A stretch of DNA of 49,049 bases from Dehalococcoidales bacterium (GTDB taxonomy: Bacteria > Chloroflexota > Dehalococcoidia > Dehalococcoidales > DAOWJC01), in assembly GCA_034411815.1 (NCBI GenBank), contig DAOUMH010000006.1:1-49049 (forward strand). Reading direction: 5' to 3'. Both the position numbers and the translations under genes were made by a program. Below are positions 45,807-49,049 of the stretch, one piece after another (within the stretch, counting starts at the first letter, position 1; the number at the start of each line of letters is the position of its first letter). The notes under the pieces were generated by a model. It was not told where the DNA came from. It saw nothing but the letters and a program-made list of their open reading frames with translations, and did no database searches.

Positions 45807-45856
45807 CTTTACTCCCCACCCCCAAAACTAGGTATAATTTTAACACAAGCCCCGCA

Positions 45857-46798
45857 TCACCTCAAAGGCAACACCGCCCCGACGAACTGCCGCTGCCCCC
45901 GCAAAAACTCGGTGGCAGACATAGCCCGCTTCCCTTGCAGCTGAACCTGACGAACCCCTAAAAGCCCATCTCCGGTACCGATGCCAAAAGCCACCTCCGG
46001 CCTCCCCGTGGCGACCACCCGCCCCGCCTCAAGGTCTGCCTCCCCAAGCAGAGGCACCGCCTCAATAACCTTGAGTTGCCTCCCCTGCCAACTGGTATAG
46101 CATCCCGGCCAGGGATAGAAGGCGCGCACCCGCCGCCATATATCCACAGCTGGCAGATGCCAGTCAATCTCTCCCTCCTCCTTGGCAACCGAGCCAGAGT
46201 AGGTAGCTTTAGCCTCATCCTGGGGTTGAAGAGTAAGCTCTCCCCCGGACCAACGGGGCAGAACCTCCCGAAGCAACTGAGCTCCTATCCGCGACAGCTT
46301 GACCGTAAGTGAGCCAGTGGTGTCCGACGCCAAAACGGGAATCTGCGCCCTGGCTAACACAGGGCCGGTATCTAAGCCTCTGTCCATCAGCATAACGCTG
46401 ACCCCGGTAAATTCATCGCCAGCCAGAATAGCTGATGCCACCGGCGAGATCCCCCGAAATCTGGGTAGCAGGGAGGGGTGAATGTTAATGCACCCGCGGC
46501 TAGGGATATCTAAAACCGCCTGAGGCAGAATCTGACCAAAGGCAGCCACCACGATAACATCAGGGTGAAGATCAGCCAGCTGCGCCACCGCCTCCGGCCT
46601 CCTCAGGCTGGCTGGTTGCACCACCGGTAGCTTCCAACCCAAGGCCGCTCTTTTCAGCGGCGGGGCAACCAGAGAACGCCCTCTGCCTGCAGGTTTATCA
46701 GGCTGGGTATAAACGGCCACTACCTGATATTGATTAAGAATTAGTTGCTCCAGAGGGGGGATGGCAAACTCAGGGGTCCCCATAAAAACGACTCGCAA
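45857..46798 (-). CDS. fmt: Methionyl-tRNA formyltransferase
   Basis: The likely TTG start at 46798 follows GGAGGGAGG, giving LRVVFMGTPEFA. Motifs are HPSLLPRFRG and VMLMD.GLDTG. The ORF-track start at 46951 extends into AT-rich non-coding sequence. Confidence 0.92.
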   Translation of the reverse strand: MRVVFMGTPEFAIPPLEQLILNQYQVVAVYTQPDKPAGRGRSLVAPPLKRAALGWKLPVVQPASLRRPEAVAQLADLHPDVIVVAAFGQILPQAVLDIPSRGCINIHPSLLPRFRGISPVASAILAGDEFTGVSVMLMDRGLDTGPVLARAQIPVLASDTTGSLTVKLSRIGAQLLREVLPRWSGGELTLQPQDEAKATYSGSVAKEEGEIDWHLPAVDIWRRVRAFYPWPGCYTSWQGRQLKVIEAVPLLGEADLEAGRVVATGRPEVAFGIGTGDGLLGVRQVQLQGKRAMSATEFLRGQRQFVGAVLPLR

Positions 46799-47139
46799 CT
46801 CAAGCCTCCCTCCACTAAATTTTAACATCAAAAAATTTTTAAAACAACCAACCCTCTTTATATCTATCAAGCAGATATTAGGTAAAAAAGCAACCCTGAC
46901 AGACCTAGCAAGGGAAAACAGGGACAAGAAATGGCCAGCAATCAGCGCCAAAACCCTTGCCAGCGGGGAGGACTGGTATTATTCTAAGGACTCGCGCTCA
47001 ACCCCCACCATCCTCCCTCAACCCCCAGCGAGTCCTCTACCACCCCAAACCACCTGACCTAAAATGGCGCTTTAACTTATAAAACTAAGATTGTGAACCT
47101 TAAGAGGAAAAGGGGGTCAAATATTGGGGGAGAAATTGA

Positions 47140-48495
47140 ATGGAATCTAGGTCGGCACAGGAAATATGGGAAGCTGCTCTCGGTGAGCTGCAAATCCAGG
47201 TCAGTAGGCCAAACTACCGGACTTGGCTGGCAAAGACTCTAGGGCTGAGTTACCAGAATAATGAATTTATCATCGGCGTCCCCAACACCTTTGTCGCCGA
47301 GTATCTAGAGCAGAACCAGCGTTCCTTGATCGAAAAAACCCTTATGGGGATTACCCGGCGTGATATTAAAATCGTTTTCAGCACGGATGCTATCCCTCAA
47401 GACCCTCTAACCAGCCGCCGGGGACAGAGGAAAACACCAGTTCAGGAAACTACCCTCCCCCTGTTCAACCCCGACTATATCTTCGAGTCCTTCATCGTCG
47501 GTAGCTGCAATAACCTGGCCTGTGCCGCGGCTCTGAAGGTAGCTGAAGACCCGGGACACAGCTACAACCCGCTATTCATATGCGGGGGGGCGGGTCTAGG
47601 TAAGACTCACCTGCTCCAGGCCATCGGGCATACCGCCCTAGCCCACAATATGAGGGTTATCTATGTCAGCGCCGAGCAATTCACCAATGAGTTTACAACC
47701 GCCATCAGGGGAAGGCTGACCCAGGAATTCCGCAACAAATATAGAAACGCCGACATGCTGTTAATTGATGACATCCAGTTCCTCAGCGGCAAGCCGCAGA
47801 CGGAGGAGAACTTCTTCCACACCTTTAACGAACTGCATAACGCCAACCGTCAGATTGCGGTCACCAGCGACCGTTCGCCTAAGTCCCTGCCCTTACTGCA
47901 AGACCGACTGCGCTCCCGCTTCGAATGGGGGTTGGTCGCCGATGTTCAACCCCCGGACCTTGAAACCCGCCTGGCTATTCTGCAAGCTAAGGCCGAGCAT
48001 AAGGGAACTAACATCTCTCCCGACGTCCTGGAGTTCATTGCCCAGCGGATTCACCAGAACATAAGGGAATTGGAGGGCTCGCTTAACCGGGTTATTGCCT
48101 ACGCTAACCTGCTTAGAGCCCTGATTACCCCCGAGCTAGCCGCTCAAGCCCTTGAGGATATAGCCGTCAAGGAGCCTAAGAGCGACTCATCTACACCGCA
48201 CCTCATAATGGAGGCCGTAGTCGACTGCTTCCAGCTAACCCTCCAAGACCTGAAAGGCCGGAAACGAGATAAAGAGACCGCCCTAGCCCGACAGATAGCA
48301 ATGTATCTCCTCAAGCAGGAAGCCGGCTGGTCACTGACCCAGATCGGCAGAGAGCTGGGCGGGAGAGAGCCGGCTACTGTCAGCCACGCTTACGAAAAGA
48401 TAGCCGCTGCCATCAATGACAGCCCTTACCTGGGTCACAAGGTCTCAAACATCCAACAGCAAGTGTCACTAAAACAAAAGGGCCAGAACTGTTAA
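47140..48495 (+). CDS. dnaA: Chromosomal replication initiator protein DnaA
   Basis: Walker A is GGAGLGKTHLL, Walker B is LLIDDIQF, and the C-terminal DNA-binding helix region is LTQIGRELGGREPATVSHA. Confidence 0.97.
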   Translation: MESRSAQEIWEAALGELQIQVSRPNYRTWLAKTLGLSYQNNEFIIGVPNTFVAEYLEQNQRSLIEKTLMGITRRDIKIVFSTDAIPQDPLTSRRGQRKTPVQETTLPLFNPDYIFESFIVGSCNNLACAAALKVAEDPGHSYNPLFICGGAGLGKTHLLQAIGHTALAHNMRVIYVSAEQFTNEFTTAIRGRLTQEFRNKYRNADMLLIDDIQFLSGKPQTEENFFHTFNELHNANRQIAVTSDRSPKSLPLLQDRLRSRFEWGLVADVQPPDLETRLAILQAKAEHKGTNISPDVLEFIAQRIHQNIRELEGSLNRVIAYANLLRALITPELAAQALEDIAVKEPKSDSSTPHLIMEAVVDCFQLTLQDLKGRKRDKETALARQIAMYLLKQEAGWSLTQIGRELGGREPATVSHAYEKIAAAINDSPYLGHKVSNIQQQVSLKQKGQNC

Positions 48496-48706
48496 TAACT
48501 CCCCAATAAAATGCCCCCCTTTGTTAATAAGTCTCGGAATTTTTTAATAACTCCTGCCAAGGTCTGCTTGGATTTCCGTCAGGGTTCTTGGTTCTTGCTA
48601 AAGTCCTCTCTCAAGCTACGGCAATAGTTTTTTAGATAACTGTTATTATTAATGCTGTTAAACTATACTAGATTAGCTGCATTGATTAGTTTATTATTTA
48701 TATATC
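48490..48706. other. Candidate oriC segment: repeated TTAATAA[C/G]T motifs followed by an AT-rich tract
   Basis: TTAATAACTCC occurs at 48492-48502 and 48544-48554, and TTAATAAGTC at 48524-48533. TGTTAATAA (48490, 48522) is two mismatches from the DnaA-box complement TGTGGATAA. The stretch at about 48630-48706 is very AT-rich. Confidence 0.35.
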
Positions 48707-49049
48707 ATGTTTGATAAAGCTGAAATAGTGGTAAGGGGGGGAGATGGTGGCAGCGGTTTGATAAGCTTCAGGCGGGAGAAGTTTGTTCCCTTCGGTGGAC
48801 CTGATGGTGGTGATGGTGGCAGTGGTGGCAGTGTTATTGTTATGGCAGATTCAGGTGTTACCAGCCTGCGTATATTTAAGCGAGGGAGGCTTTACAGGGC
48901 CGGTGATGGTGGGGATGGTGGGGGTAGCAAGAGGCACGGCAGGAAGGGGGAGGATCTAATCCTGAGGGTGCCTTTGGGAAGCGCCGTGTCATATAAGGTG
49001 CCGGGTGGTGATGCCCTTGTAGCCGATTTGGAGGAGTCTGGTCGACGGG
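48707..49049 (+). CDS. obg: GTPase Obg/CgtA, N-terminal part (runs off the window)
   Basis: MFDKAEIVVRGGDGGSGLISFRREKFVPFGGPDGGDGGSGGSVIV is the characteristic Obg fold N-terminus. The gene is absent from the ORF track because there is no stop codon in the window. Confidence 0.9.
   Translation, partial: MFDKAEIVVRGGDGGSGLISFRREKFVPFGGPDGGDGGSGGSVIVMADSGVTSLRIFKRGRLYRAGDGGDGGGSKRHGRKGEDLILRVPLGSAVSYKVPGGDALVADLEESGRR

Noticed and set aside
46799-46951. The N-terminal extension of fmt.
   Set aside because: The extension is AT-rich and non-homologous. A TTG at 46798 behind GGAGGGAGG gives the canonical (M)RVVFMGTPEFA start.
47000-47060. A C-rich tract (G-runs on the minus strand: GGGG..GGGGG..GGG..GGGGG) as a possible G-quadruplex near the dnaA promoter.
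   Set aside because: The loops are long and irregular and there is no supporting context. It may simply be compositional.
46952-47139. DnaA boxes upstream of dnaA.
   Set aside because: No 9-mer within two mismatches of TTATCCACA was seen by eye. The best candidates (TTATAAAAC, TTGTGAACC) are poor matches.

Overview
This is a chromosomal window that probably lies close to the replication origin: dnaA is at 47140-48495 and obg runs off the right edge. The organism looks like an anaerobic bacterium. Its gene content (Tat-less molybdopterin oxidoreductases with an NrfD anchor, class III RNR behind a B12 riboswitch, desulforedoxin mini-genes, an RRM protein) is reminiscent of Chloroflexota/Dehalococcoidia, but that is inference only. 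All family calls come from motif recognition by eye; no searches were run.

Contents from left to right:
- an HsdS-like fragment
- a consensus promoter, a cobalamin riboswitch and nrdD-nrdG
- an ArsB/NhaD-type permease
- a minus-strand chain of overlapping genes (kamA-like aminomutase, two Ddl-type ATP-grasp ligases, GNAT) with a divergent wHTH regulator
- a six-gene minus-strand molybdoenzyme operon
- an AT-rich islet with a proteasome-like Ntn hydrolase, a cut partner gene and an IS1595-family transposase
- abrB plus an ABC-2 exporter
- a Zn-ribbon gene and an RRM gene
- a nitroreductase
- an SNase lipoprotein
- AmmeMemoRadiSam genes (radical SAM plus a MEMO1-AMMECR1 fusion)
- an AT-rich one-gene islet encoding a DGQHR-GIY-YIG fusion
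- a Fur-family regulator with two operator boxes, a membrane protein and an MBL hydrolase
- the pyrimidine cluster pyrD / PyrR attenuator-pyrR-pyrB-pyrC-carA-[foreign membrane ORF]-carB-pyrK
- yjbQ
- two desulforedoxin-like mini-genes
- thrC, a flavin reductase and folE
- a parvulin PPIase, mazG, a Zn peptidase, fmt, dnaA and obg

The best candidates for undescribed biology are:
1. the kamA/ATP-grasp x2/GNAT operon
2. the DGQHR-GIY-YIG islet
3. the Ser1 proteasome-like hydrolase islet
4. the molybdoenzyme operon with its embedded NTPase and membrane pair
5. the foreign ORF splitting carA from carB

No rRNA, tRNA or CRISPR array was seen by eye.
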